In this document: positions 8,467-16,105 of the stretch, one piece after another | Layout of the letters: each line of letters begins with the position of its first letter | Position numbering within the stretch: the stretch's first letter is position 1 | Notes under the pieces: generated by a model | Told to the model about the DNA's origin: nothing | What the model saw: only the letters and a program-made list of their open reading frames with translations | Databases searched by the model: none | Assembly: GCA_000435495.1 (NCBI GenBank) | Contig: FR884055.1 | Location: forward strand, 171,011 to 188,710 | Source of the DNA: Firmicutes bacterium CAG:552 | GTDB taxonomy: Bacteria; Bacillota; Clostridia; Christensenellales; Pumilibacteraceae | Direction: 5' to 3' | Length of the DNA stretch: 17,700 nt | Program-made: the position numbers and the translations under genes

Positions 8467-8957
8467 AGCGTTCTCCTTTATATATCCCCGACAAGCGGTA
8501 AAAATCGGTAGTCCTATAGTGACAAAGCGGTCTTCGGTTAAGAAATTGCGCAACAAAAGCGAGATAAACTTGGCTAATGCGTTGCAATTACGGTATCCCC
8601 TCCGAGCAAGGCTTTGCCCTATTGCCCGTCCTTTCCTCCGTCGAAACTTTGTACCGGGTCGAGCGCGGACTAAAAACAGGAACTCTCCTAATTGATTCGC
8701 GAACATGATCCGCACGACGCTTGAGCGTCAAAAAATTCACCATTTCGTATGGGTCCGTTAACCACTACGGATATCGATAAAAATCGAGCAGGAATCGAAC
8801 CTGCGTAATATTACCTTAGCCGGGTAACGCCTATACAGGCTTTGCGAAACTTTTTCCTTGGAGGGCTTCCTAACCCACAATACAACCCAGTATACGTTTC
8901 GGTACTCCTCACGCACTGCGGCAAAATCGACATGCCCGCCTTATCGGCTTGTACTGC
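8467..8957 (-). ncRNA. ORF-less transcribed region downstream of a consensus promoter; candidate structured sRNA (about 180 nt to a T-loop-like hairpin plus U-run at 8776-8804) and/or long structured 5' leader of the SPFH gene; class unassigned
   Basis: A perfect TTGACA-17-TATAAT promoter sits at 8992-8964 on the minus strand. There is no ORF longer than about 40 aa and no RBS until the SPFH start 490 nt downstream. A GC-rich core at 8560-8700 contrasts with AT-rich flanks. The minus strand carries GGAGGAAAGGACGGGCAAUAGGGCA (RNase P CR-I-like) and GCAGGUUCGAUUCCUGC (tRNA T-arm-like), the latter followed by UCGAUUUUUAU. Confidence 0.35.
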
Positions 8958-8963
8958 AACTGA

Positions 8964-8992
8964 ATTATACCATTTATACGAACAGTTGTCAA
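8964..8992 (-). promoter_or_regulatory. Perfect consensus sigma-A promoter (TTGACA-17-TATAAT), minus strand
   Basis: The minus strand reads TTGACAactgttcgtataaatggTATAAT. The -35 is plus 8992-8987 and the -10 is plus 8969-8964. It points toward 8957 and on to the SPFH gene. Confidence 0.65.
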
Positions 8993-9151
8993 CTCTACGA
9001 CAAAAAAATCATTTTCAAAGACAATAAGTGCTTAAATTCCGATAAATTAAATGCAAAAGGTCTACCTAATGGGCATGAAATGCATAATTGTCACGACACA
9101 TTGGCTAAATTTTCTATCGCTCGAAAGAGACATGACGAGCTTGAAAAATAG

Positions 9152-9187
9152 ATAAAAACGTCGCAGACGATTTATTATCGCTGCGAC
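9152..9187 (-). terminator. Rho-independent terminator of rmuC
   Basis: On the minus strand, GTCGCAGCGA and UCGUCUGCGAC form an approximately 10-bp stem with one bulged A and a 7-nt loop, followed by GTTTTTATC. It lies 8 nt after the rmuC stop. Confidence 0.75.
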
Positions 9188-9194
9188 ATACAAG

Positions 9195-10466
9195 TTAGAT
9201 ATTTTCTTCGGAAATTTCGCTCTCTAAAGATTTTCTGTTATGCGAAGACGGCAGTGAATCCGTAACTTCTTTCAGACTGCGAGTTATTGCTCTCGATCTT
9301 ACGCCGATCAGTTTATCGAGATCCACGTTTGCGGCGTTTAGCCTGTTTTGAATTTGCGTTAGAATCTCGTTGAATCTGTCAAATTCGGTCTTAACTGACC
9401 CGAGGACTTCCCATACTTCGGATGTCTTTTTTTGCAATGAAAGAGTCTGAAACCCCATTTGCAAACTATTTAGCAGCGCAGCCATCGTCGTCGGTCCGGC
9501 AACAGTCACACTGTATCTGCCTTGCAATTGTTCTACTAAGCCGAGCTTGACGACTTCGGCATACAAGCCTTCTATCGGCAAAAACATTACGGCAAAATTA
9601 GTCGTATACGGCGGGCAAACATACTTTTCTTTAATATCTTTCGCCATTTGTTTTATTCGTTGAATAAGCTCTTTTTGCTTAAGTTCGTACTGAACGAAAT
9701 CGCCGCTGTTATATGCCGCCGTCATGTCGTTATAAAGAGTGTAAGGAAATTTCGAATCTATCGGCAGCAACACTTCACCGTTACTTCCACCGGGCATTTT
9801 TATTGCAAACTCGACGGGATCTTTCCCCTGCTTGTTGGTAACGACGTTTTTAACGTACTGTTGCGGCGATAGAATTTGATCTATTATAGCCCCCAGTTGT
9901 ATCTCGCCGAAAATACCCGTCGTTTTTACGTTTGACAAAACTTTTGTAAGATTTCCGACGTCCTTGGATATGACTTGCATCTCGCCTACAGTCTTACTTA
10001 CTTTGTTAAGCTCTTCCGAAAGATACTTAAACGATTCTTTAAATCTCTGATTTAGCGTATCGTTTAGTCTTTGATCGACAGTTTGCTTAATTTCGGACAG
10101 TTTTCGTTCGTTTCCCTCCTGCATGATTCTGACGTTACGCTCTAACGTAAGACGAATGGCTTCTAATTTTTCGCTTTGGCTTCGCTCCATGCTTTCCAAT
10201 CTGTTTGTGGTAGCTATTGCGCTTTCATCTATTTTGCGACGCATTTCATCCAATCTCAATTCCAAATTTTCTTTGGAACTTAAGTTAGATCGTTCCAAAG
10301 CTGCCGAAATTACGCCGACGTTAAACGAAAACGAATCTTTTAACTCTTTTTTATCACTGTCCGATATAGAGGTGCCGTTCGATTTTTTCGATTTTGAAAC
10401 GATAAGAATAGCTATGTTAAGCGCTGCTATCGCCACGCATAAACATATTATAATTTTAGTCTCCAT
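9195..10466 (-). CDS. rmuC: DNA recombination protein RmuC
   Basis: The 423-aa product has an N-terminal TM helix, a long coiled-coil region and a C-terminal RmuC domain (FAVMFLPIEGLYAEV, TVAGPTTMAALLNSLQMGFQTL). The RBS is AAGGAGAAAAT. Confidence 0.9.
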   Translation of the reverse strand: METKIIICLCVAIAALNIAILIVSKSKKSNGTSISDSDKKELKDSFSFNVGVISAALERSNLSSKENLELRLDEMRRKIDESAIATTNRLESMERSQSEKLEAIRLTLERNVRIMQEGNERKLSEIKQTVDQRLNDTLNQRFKESFKYLSEELNKVSKTVGEMQVISKDVGNLTKVLSNVKTTGIFGEIQLGAIIDQILSPQQYVKNVVTNKQGKDPVEFAIKMPGGSNGEVLLPIDSKFPYTLYNDMTAAYNSGDFVQYELKQKELIQRIKQMAKDIKEKYVCPPYTTNFAVMFLPIEGLYAEVVKLGLVEQLQGRYSVTVAGPTTMAALLNSLQMGFQTLSLQKKTSEVWEVLGSVKTEFDRFNEILTQIQNRLNAANVDLDKLIGVRSRAITRSLKEVTDSLPSSHNRKSLESEISEENI

Positions 10467-10526
10467 ATTTTCTCCTTACACGTTATCGATAACTTACGAG
10501 CATGCCAAAACAAATGCCGTCGACTA

Positions 10527-11699
10527 TTATTTTCGTTTTTTAGTACGAGAAAACGCATGAACGACTCTATAAGCAAGCGGCTTGCGGAATTTGACTGCGT
10601 CGAACGGACAAAGCTCTTGGCAGCAGTAGCACCTTATGCATTTTTTCTGCTTTACTTTAGCTTTGCCTTTTATTACCGTTATTGCCTTAGCCGGGCAGTG
10701 CGTTGCGCACTTTCCGCAACCTTTGCATATAGACTTCTCCATTCTTACTTTTTTTGTGAGGTATTTGCGGGCGAGTTTTTTTACCCAGTCCGGCATATGC
10801 AAAAACGTATTTGTGTCGGTAATGGGCGAAATATCGAAATCGCTGATAAAGCTACTCTTCCATTCCTCGAAATCAAAATCTATATCGCTGAGATCGTCCT
10901 TGATACGGCCCCTTTCTACCGCTGTTTTTATAAGCGGCATCTCAAACGGCTCTCCGAACAATTTAACAGCTACTACGTCCAGAGCGTACGGATTTGCCGA
11001 CGCCAAAATCTTGCCCATAAACTTCGGTTTACCGTTCGTCGGACCTTCGCCATCCATGCCGACTACCGCATCTATAACGTTAAGCGTAATTTTATCTTTA
11101 GCGAACTCATTTAAATCGCAAAGCAATTGGCAAAAATCTCCCAAATCCGGATACCTGCTGTGCATTTCCACTTTTACCAGTCCGGGAATCAACCCGTAGA
11201 GATTTTTTAATGCTCCGGTATACCCTGTAAAGGAATGGGTCTTAAGTTTAGTTATATTTATAACAACGTCCGCATCCAAAAAACTATTTGTTATCTCACA
11301 GTTTTTTACTACTTTACCGCCAATATCCACAGTTCTAAAATCAAAATCCTGATTTAATTTTGCTACGGTCCGTTGCTCTATATCGGTCATACGACACTTT
11401 GCGTAAACTGAATTCATAGCGCCTTTAGTATAAAGTCCACCGCTACTGTCACCCACAATAATATTGTCGGTAATGCCCTTCAGTCTATTGATAACGGCAA
11501 TAACTACTTCGGGATGAGTCGTTCCGCATTTTTCGGGCGGCATATCTCTTACTAAGTTGACTTTGATAAAAACCTTAGCGTCTTTACTTACAAATTGTTC
11601 GATGCCGCCTAACTGCTCGATAACGACATCAACCGCATTTTGAATTTTAGCCGAGTCATAATCTTCGCAATTTGCTGCGGCTACCTTAAATTTCTCCAT
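10527..11699 (-). CDS. DUF362 domain protein with a C-terminal 4Fe-4S dicluster ferredoxin domain
   Basis: The 390-aa product has an N-terminal DUF362 region and two CxxCxxCxxxCP motifs near the C-terminus (CKGCGKCATHCP, CIRCYCCQELCP). The RBS is AAAGGAGCAAT. It lies 60 nt upstream of rmuC on the same strand, so co-transcription is likely. Confidence 0.88.
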   Translation of the reverse strand: MEKFKVAAANCEDYDSAKIQNAVDVVIEQLGGIEQFVSKDAKVFIKVNLVRDMPPEKCGTTHPEVVIAVINRLKGITDNIIVGDSSGGLYTKGAMNSVYAKCRMTDIEQRTVAKLNQDFDFRTVDIGGKVVKNCEITNSFLDADVVINITKLKTHSFTGYTGALKNLYGLIPGLVKVEMHSRYPDLGDFCQLLCDLNEFAKDKITLNVIDAVVGMDGEGPTNGKPKFMGKILASANPYALDVVAVKLFGEPFEMPLIKTAVERGRIKDDLSDIDFDFEEWKSSFISDFDISPITDTNTFLHMPDWVKKLARKYLTKKVRMEKSICKGCGKCATHCPAKAITVIKGKAKVKQKKCIRCYCCQELCPFDAVKFRKPLAYRVVHAFSRTKKRK

Positions 11700-11733
11700 T
11701 ATTGCTCCTTTGGTTATATTTTGACTCCGAGTT

Positions 11734-11769
11734 ATACAAAACCGATTATTTATAGTTTTCGGTAATCGG
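11734..11769 (-). terminator. Attenuator-like hairpin plus U-run inside the 5' leader of the DUF362-rmuC unit
   Basis: On the minus strand, CCGATTA (plus 11769-11763) and TAATCGG (plus 11748-11742) form a 7-bp stem with a 14-nt loop, followed by TTTTGTAT. It lies about 40 nt upstream of the DUF362 ATG and downstream of the candidate promoter. Confidence 0.4.
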
Positions 11770-11863
11770 CTACGACATATCGTCGGATAAATTATATATA
11801 ATCGTCGTTAAGATAATACCGGCAATCATCCGGCAAAAAAAAGTCTTTTGCTCTTTACCATTG

Positions 11864-11893
11864 ATTATAATGTATACAAGGTCGTTTTGTCAA
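11864..11893 (-). promoter_or_regulatory. Candidate sigma-A promoter (TTGACA-18-TATAAT) for DUF362-rmuC
   Basis: The minus strand reads TTGACA (plus 11893-11888), an 18-nt spacer, and TATAAT (plus 11869-11864). This gives a leader of about 160 nt. Confidence 0.55.
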
Positions 11894-11974
11894 CCTATAC
11901 GTCGTAAGAGCAACCCACTTTATTCAGCATAAACGTAGCCGAAAAAAATCGGCAAGTCAATATTAAAATAAAAC

Positions 11975-12015
11975 AAATTAAAAAACGAACGCTGCACATA
12001 ACACGCAGCGTTCGC
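11975..12015 (-). terminator. Rho-independent terminator of the large surface-protein gene
   Basis: A perfect 10-bp stem, CGAACGCTGC (11987-11996) and GCAGCGTTCG (12006-12015), encloses a 9-nt loop. On the minus strand it is followed by TTTTTTAATTTGTTTTATTTT. Confidence 0.85.
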
Positions 12016-12034
12016 CAAAAACATCTTAAAAAGA

Positions 12035-15000
12035 TTATATTCTCTTTTTCTTTCTGAATACTACAAAATACAACGCAGCCGCAGAGAATACAACGATTAC
12101 CGCCGAACCTACGCCCACAATAACGCCGGCATGCTCGACAAGCTCGCTGACTTCTTTATCTTCAACTTCCAACAGAGAAAACTTTCCGTCTAAGTTTGTT
12201 ACGTTAAACTTAACACTCTTGCCGTCTGCAGAAACTGTGCCGTTAATTTCAGTTACATTTCCATTCTTATCGATAACGACAACTTTGTATGTCTTACCGG
12301 CTTCTCCGTCGGGAATAACCAAACTTACTTCGTAATTGCCGTTTTCCAGTTTGCAAACGTTGTTGCCGATTTTGAAAGAAATTTCGTACACATACAAAAT
12401 CTTAGCTACTTTGTCTTTCTCTGCAAACTTACTTACGTCGATATTCTTGTTATCTTTGGTAACGTCTGACACATCCATGGTCATCTCGTTACCCAATACG
12501 GTAGACGTAACGGTAGTTCCGGTAATCGGATCGATTTTGGTAACGGGAACGATAACAGAAGCAGCTTCTATTTCGAAGGAAACTGTAACGCTACCGGGCA
12601 ACTTGTAATCGGCGTTATCTACAGAAACTGCGGTTGCAGTGTAAACGCCTACTTCGGTCTGTGCTCCGTAAACGGTAACTTTACAAGTATCGTTGCCTAC
12701 AAGTCCGGTTGCAGTTGCAGTCGGAACATGGCTGCTACCGTCATAAGTGAACTTAAGATTTTCCCACTTAAGTCCGATTTCTTTAGCTACGACAGTAACG
12801 GTTGCGCTCATATCTGCGGGTACATTATAGTTAACAGCCTTTTCTGCCAAAAGTTCGAATTGAACAGTAATAGTCTTCGGGCTTTCGGAAACATGAGTAA
12901 CTGCGCTTCCGAGATAACCTTTTACTTTAACGCCATTGGGAAGAAGTTTGCTGTCTACCGCTAAAGTATGCGGTTTGCCGTCGTAAACGAACTCGGCATC
13001 CACAAAGCTACGAGCGACTGCAGACATATCGATATCTGCTTTGTTAATTTTCCATTCGATAGAATCCGAAAGGGAACCTTTGTTTATAATCTCATAGTTT
13101 TCGGCATCCTTAAGCTCAAAGGACGCAGTATACGTACCTGCATCGGTTGCGCTGTTGCCACTGAACTTAAGCTTATCGAACTGCATTGTAAGAGAAACGG
13201 TTTTGATAGTTCCGTCATAAGTGAACGGAGCGGTATAGTCCCAAGCAGCTCCGGCAAGGTCTACGGAAGCCTTATTTATCTTCCACTCCAACGAGCTTGC
13301 AAGTGCGCCTGCGTTAACCATTTCATAATTTTCGGTATCTTTTAATGCAAACGAAGCGGTGTAAGTACCTGCTTTGGTTGCGCTAAGCGTTCCTTTTACC
13401 TCTACCAAGGACGGAGCCTTTACCAACGATACGGTCTTAGTCGTTCCGTCGTAGGTAAACGGAGCGGTGTAACTCCACTTTACGCCGGTCATGTCAACCT
13501 TAGCCTTTTCTATCTTCCACTCTAAAAAAGTAGCAAGATCGCCGAGATTTATAAGCTCGTAATGTTCGGTATCTTTTAATGCAAACGAAGCGGTGTAAGT
13601 ACCTGCTTTGGTTGCGCTAAGCGTTCCTTTTACCTCTACCAAGGACGGAGCCTTTACCAACGATACGGTCTTAGTCGTTCCGTCGTAGGTAAACGGAGCG
13701 GTGTAACTCCATTTTACGCCGGTCATATCAACCTTAATCTTTTCTATCTTCCATTCTAAGGAAGCGGAAAGATCGCCGAGATTTATAAGCTCGTAATTGT
13801 CTGCGTCGATAAGTTCAAACGAAACGTTAAAGGTTCCGACGTCTCTTGCCGACAATCTACCAACAAAACGAAGTTGTTCTATTTCTTTATTAAGCGAAAC
13901 GGTTTTGATTTCTCCGTCATAGGTAAACGGAGCGGTATAACTCCATTTCACGCCGGTCATATCGATTTTGGCCTTTGCGATGGCAACATTAAATACAGCC
14001 TCTTTAACTGTATCGCCGGACGCAACGACGCAAATATATTTGCCGCTATCAAGTACGTTACGAACTTCTAACGTATCGGAATATGCGCCATCGATAGCTA
14101 CTCTGCTATCGCCTACAATTTTGTACCAACCGAAGTCATAGGTTTTTTCTATGCTGCTGAGGTTAACAACGTTAACTTTTAACTGCTTAGCTTCTCCGTC
14201 ATAAACGGTATCGATATCGGCAGATTGCTCGAGCTTAAATCCGGCATCGTACACTGCATATACTTCTGCGTCTCTTTCCGGCATCTTGGATATCGAATTG
14301 CCGTTTTCGTCAACCCAGTCAAGTATCTCGCTGCCGCTGATTTCGGTTATGCCTGCAAAGAAACTCAAATCGGCGTCTTTAGGCAGGAGTCCGCATTTAA
14401 TTACGTTTTCGCCATCCTTGTATGTAACTTTATAGACGTCGGTCAGCGTTACGGACGCTTCCGCAGATACCATATAGCTCTCTCTGTTGAAGAACATCGA
14501 AAGCATCGGAAGTTTGTTGAGAGCCTTTTCCAATCTCGAATTCCACTTGAGGATACGAGAATCGGTATAAGTATTCTTAATATAATCGGTTACGGCAAGT
14601 CCTTTACTCTGAATCCTGTACAGCCAAGTTTCCACAAACAATTCGTAATTATACTTAGCCGCAAAGAATTCGCCGTTTCCTCTATAAAAATCCATCATAG
14701 TTTTGGACTGGAATCTCTGAGGAACGAAAGTTACGAGTTCGATGAGAGCCGTCTTTATCTTCTCGAAGTACGGTTCGATTTTCTTAAATTCATTAAGTAT
14801 TCTTTCGTTGGTTATACCATCGGGGAAATATTTCCCGAGACGGGTATTGTCTATGCAACTTACGATATCGATCTTTTCGAGAAGGTTGTAAACTTGTTCA
14901 AAAGTTATAGTCTTAGCGAATTCGGCAAACTCGTTAACGTTTTTGTCGAGAGCTGCGAATATCTTAAGTTTTGCGCTATCCGAAAGCTTGCCGGTAGCGA

Positions 15001-15937
15001 TTGCCTTGTTGAGGATTCTCGTGAATGCCTGCGGAACGTTTACGCTTACCGAATACACGCCGTCTTTGTGGCTAACGCTTACATTATCGGCAACAATTTG
15101 AGCAATACGTCGAAGTCTTGCGTAATTGTTTGCATTTGCGAATTCGAATCCGAAGTTTACGGTAATATCAAGATTACCTCTGGACTCCGTAACTACTTTA
15201 ACATCAACCGAAAGTAAATTGCGGAATTGCTCGTCCGTATATGTAGCAATTTCACTCGGAAGAGGAAGTCTCTTAACAAGAGCCTTGATAGAATCGGTTC
15301 TTACCGAGCCGTCGTATATAACCAAGCCGTCTACCGAAACAGACTTTATCGAATTTAAAATTTCTTTGACGGCGGCAGTGTCCACTCCGTTCTGCAATGC
15401 TGCCAACAATGTAAATTTGTTATCTACGGATGCGGCGGTGAGAGCCTGAACCGCATCGGTATAAACGTCCAGCAGCAAACTCTTAAATCCGCTTTCGGGA
15501 CGAGTAAAGTTATCTTTTACTACGAGATCCAAAACGTTTGCCTTGTACGCTATTTTATAATACTGCCTGTCTGCGAGGTACTCGGTTTTAAAATGCTCCT
15601 TAACTTCGTCGGCAAGATTCTTTATGTAGTCGTCTACGTTAAAATCTTCCTTATTTTCGGGCAATTCGGGAAAGACGAAATCCTCCGGGAGCTGAAAATC
15701 TTCCGGAAGTTCGGGAATCTCTATATCACCGGGTAGCGTAAAATCTTCGGGCAACAATTCCTCGAGTCTTTCCTTATAGTCTTGCGGAACCTGATTCCAA
15801 AGCCAATCCGGAATTCCGTAAGTGTTCTTTATTTCTTCGGCAGTTATAGCCGAAACAGAGAACACGGACACCAACGACAACATGACAATAAGCATCGTCA
15901 CTATAAGTATCGGTATCTTTTTTACAAATTTTCTCAT
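12035..15937 (-). CDS. Large secreted cell-surface protein (about 1300 aa): signal peptide, ED/P-rich short repeats, about six MBG/YDG-type Ig-like repeats, and a C-terminal TM helix with a polybasic tail
   Basis: The start is set at ATG 15937, which follows AAAAAGGAGAGTTGT and gives MRKFVKKIPILIVTMLIVMLSLVSVFSVSA (signal peptide). The track's upstream extension lacks an RBS. Repeats of about 78 aa carry the FTYDGxxKTVSL...GTYTASF motif. The protein ends ...AGVIVGVGSAVIVVFSAAALYFVVFRKKKRI with no LPXTG. Confidence 0.85.
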   Translation of the reverse strand: MRKFVKKIPILIVTMLIVMLSLVSVFSVSAITAEEIKNTYGIPDWLWNQVPQDYKERLEELLPEDFTLPGDIEIPELPEDFQLPEDFVFPELPENKEDFNVDDYIKNLADEVKEHFKTEYLADRQYYKIAYKANVLDLVVKDNFTRPESGFKSLLLDVYTDAVQALTAASVDNKFTLLAALQNGVDTAAVKEILNSIKSVSVDGLVIYDGSVRTDSIKALVKRLPLPSEIATYTDEQFRNLLSVDVKVVTESRGNLDITVNFGFEFANANNYARLRRIAQIVADNVSVSHKDGVYSVSVNVPQAFTRILNKAIATGKLSDSAKLKIFAALDKNVNEFAEFAKTITFEQVYNLLEKIDIVSCIDNTRLGKYFPDGITNERILNEFKKIEPYFEKIKTALIELVTFVPQRFQSKTMMDFYRGNGEFFAAKYNYELFVETWLYRIQSKGLAVTDYIKNTYTDSRILKWNSRLEKALNKLPMLSMFFNRESYMVSAEASVTLTDVYKVTYKDGENVIKCGLLPKDADLSFFAGITEISGSEILDWVDENGNSISKMPERDAEVYAVYDAGFKLEQSADIDTVYDGEAKQLKVNVVNLSSIEKTYDFGWYKIVGDSRVAIDGAYSDTLEVRNVLDSGKYICVVASGDTVKEAVFNVAIAKAKIDMTGVKWSYTAPFTYDGEIKTVSLNKEIEQLRFVGRLSARDVGTFNVSFELIDADNYELINLGDLSASLEWKIEKIKVDMTGVKWSYTAPFTYDGTTKTVSLVKAPSLVEVKGTLSATKAGTYTASFALKDTEHYELINLGDLATFLEWKIEKAKVDMTGVKWSYTAPFTYDGTTKTVSLVKAPSLVEVKGTLSATKAGTYTASFALKDTENYEMVNAGALASSLEWKINKASVDLAGAAWDYTAPFTYDGTIKTVSLTMQFDKLKFSGNSATDAGTYTASFELKDAENYEIINKGSLSDSIEWKINKADIDMSAVARSFVDAEFVYDGKPHTLAVDSKLLPNGVKVKGYLGSAVTHVSESPKTITVQFELLAEKAVNYNVPADMSATVTVVAKEIGLKWENLKFTYDGSSHVPTATATGLVGNDTCKVTVYGAQTEVGVYTATAVSVDNADYKLPGSVTVSFEIEAASVIVPVTKIDPITGTTVTSTVLGNEMTMDVSDVTKDNKNIDVSKFAEKDKVAKILYVYEISFKIGNNVCKLENGNYEVSLVIPDGEAGKTYKVVVIDKNGNVTEINGTVSADGKSVKFNVTNLDGKFSLLEVEDKEVSELVEHAGVIVGVGSAVIVVFSAAALYFVVFRKKKRI
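13268..13735. repeat. Two tandem, near-identical (about 95% by eye) 234-bp units inside the surface-protein gene; part of a six-copy diverged array spanning 12557-13969
   Basis: DNA at 13331-13500 and 13565-13734 is identical except for a handful of substitutions. The units encode protein repeats 763-840 and 841-918, which are identical for about 57 aa. Confidence 0.85.
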
Positions 15938-15992
15938 ACAACTCTCCTTTTTATTGGTAAGTTTGCAATACACCAAAGGTGCCACACTGAAA

Positions 15993-16021
15993 ATTATACC
16001 ACCTGATATAAAATTAGTCAA
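15993..16021 (-). promoter_or_regulatory. Consensus sigma-A promoter (TTGACT-17-TATAAT) for the surface-protein gene; a second TTGACA-16-TAAAAT lies just upstream at about 16045-16075
   Basis: The minus strand reads TTGACTaattttatatcaggtggTATAAT. The -35 is plus 16021-16016 and the -10 is plus 15998-15993. It is about 50 nt upstream of the ATG at 15937. Confidence 0.6.
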
Positions 16022-16105
16022 GAATAAAATATTAAAATGTCAAAAAAACTTATATATTTTATGTTTTTTGTCTTATGTGTCAAAAAACGCACGGCTGATA
16101 ACTCT

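Noticed and set aside
8467-8715. The 83-codon N-terminal extension of the SPFH ORF in the track (start MRIMFANQ...)
   Set aside because: There is no RBS. The sequence is Arg/Gly-rich and non-protein-like. A strong RBS plus ATG sits at 8466 in front of a conserved-looking MKTVIDEQ start. The open frame is explained by GC-rich structured-RNA sequence.
8776-8830. tRNA or tmRNA 3' domain suggested by GCAGGTTCGATTCCTGC on the minus strand
   Set aside because: No complementary acceptor 5' strand, D-arm or anticodon arm could be placed upstream. No tag-peptide frame ending ALAA-stop was found. There is no CCA or GGGG 5' end. It is interpreted as a hairpin or terminator.
8560-8980. RNase P RNA (rnpB) call, based on a GGAGGAAAGGACGGGCAAUAGGGCA motif (minus strand) and a CUUAUCGG motif (plus strand)
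   Set aside because: The motifs are on opposite strands and in positions incompatible with the RNase P architecture. CR-I would be about 325 nt from the mapped 5' end, or the RNA would have to overlap the SPFH CDS. No P4 partner was found. It is kept only as a descriptive motif.
8842-9151. Plus-strand ORFs of 61 and 97 aa in the purine-poor region between the SPFH gene and rmuC
   Set aside because: There is no promoter or RBS. They overlap the minus-strand promoter and transcript. Their composition is arbitrary.
10482-10493. A perfect 12-bp palindrome, GTTATCGATAAC, between the DUF362 stop and the rmuC RBS
   Set aside because: About four perfect 12-bp palindromes are expected by chance in 17.7 kb. 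It has a plausible operator position, but there is no supporting second site or cognate regulator nearby.
12557-13969. Regular approximately 234-bp repeats that could be mistaken for a repeat array or CRISPR
   Set aside because: They are in-frame coding repeats of one continuous 1300-aa ORF (MBG/YDG domains). There are no spacer-repeat alternation, no short fixed-length repeats and no cas genes.
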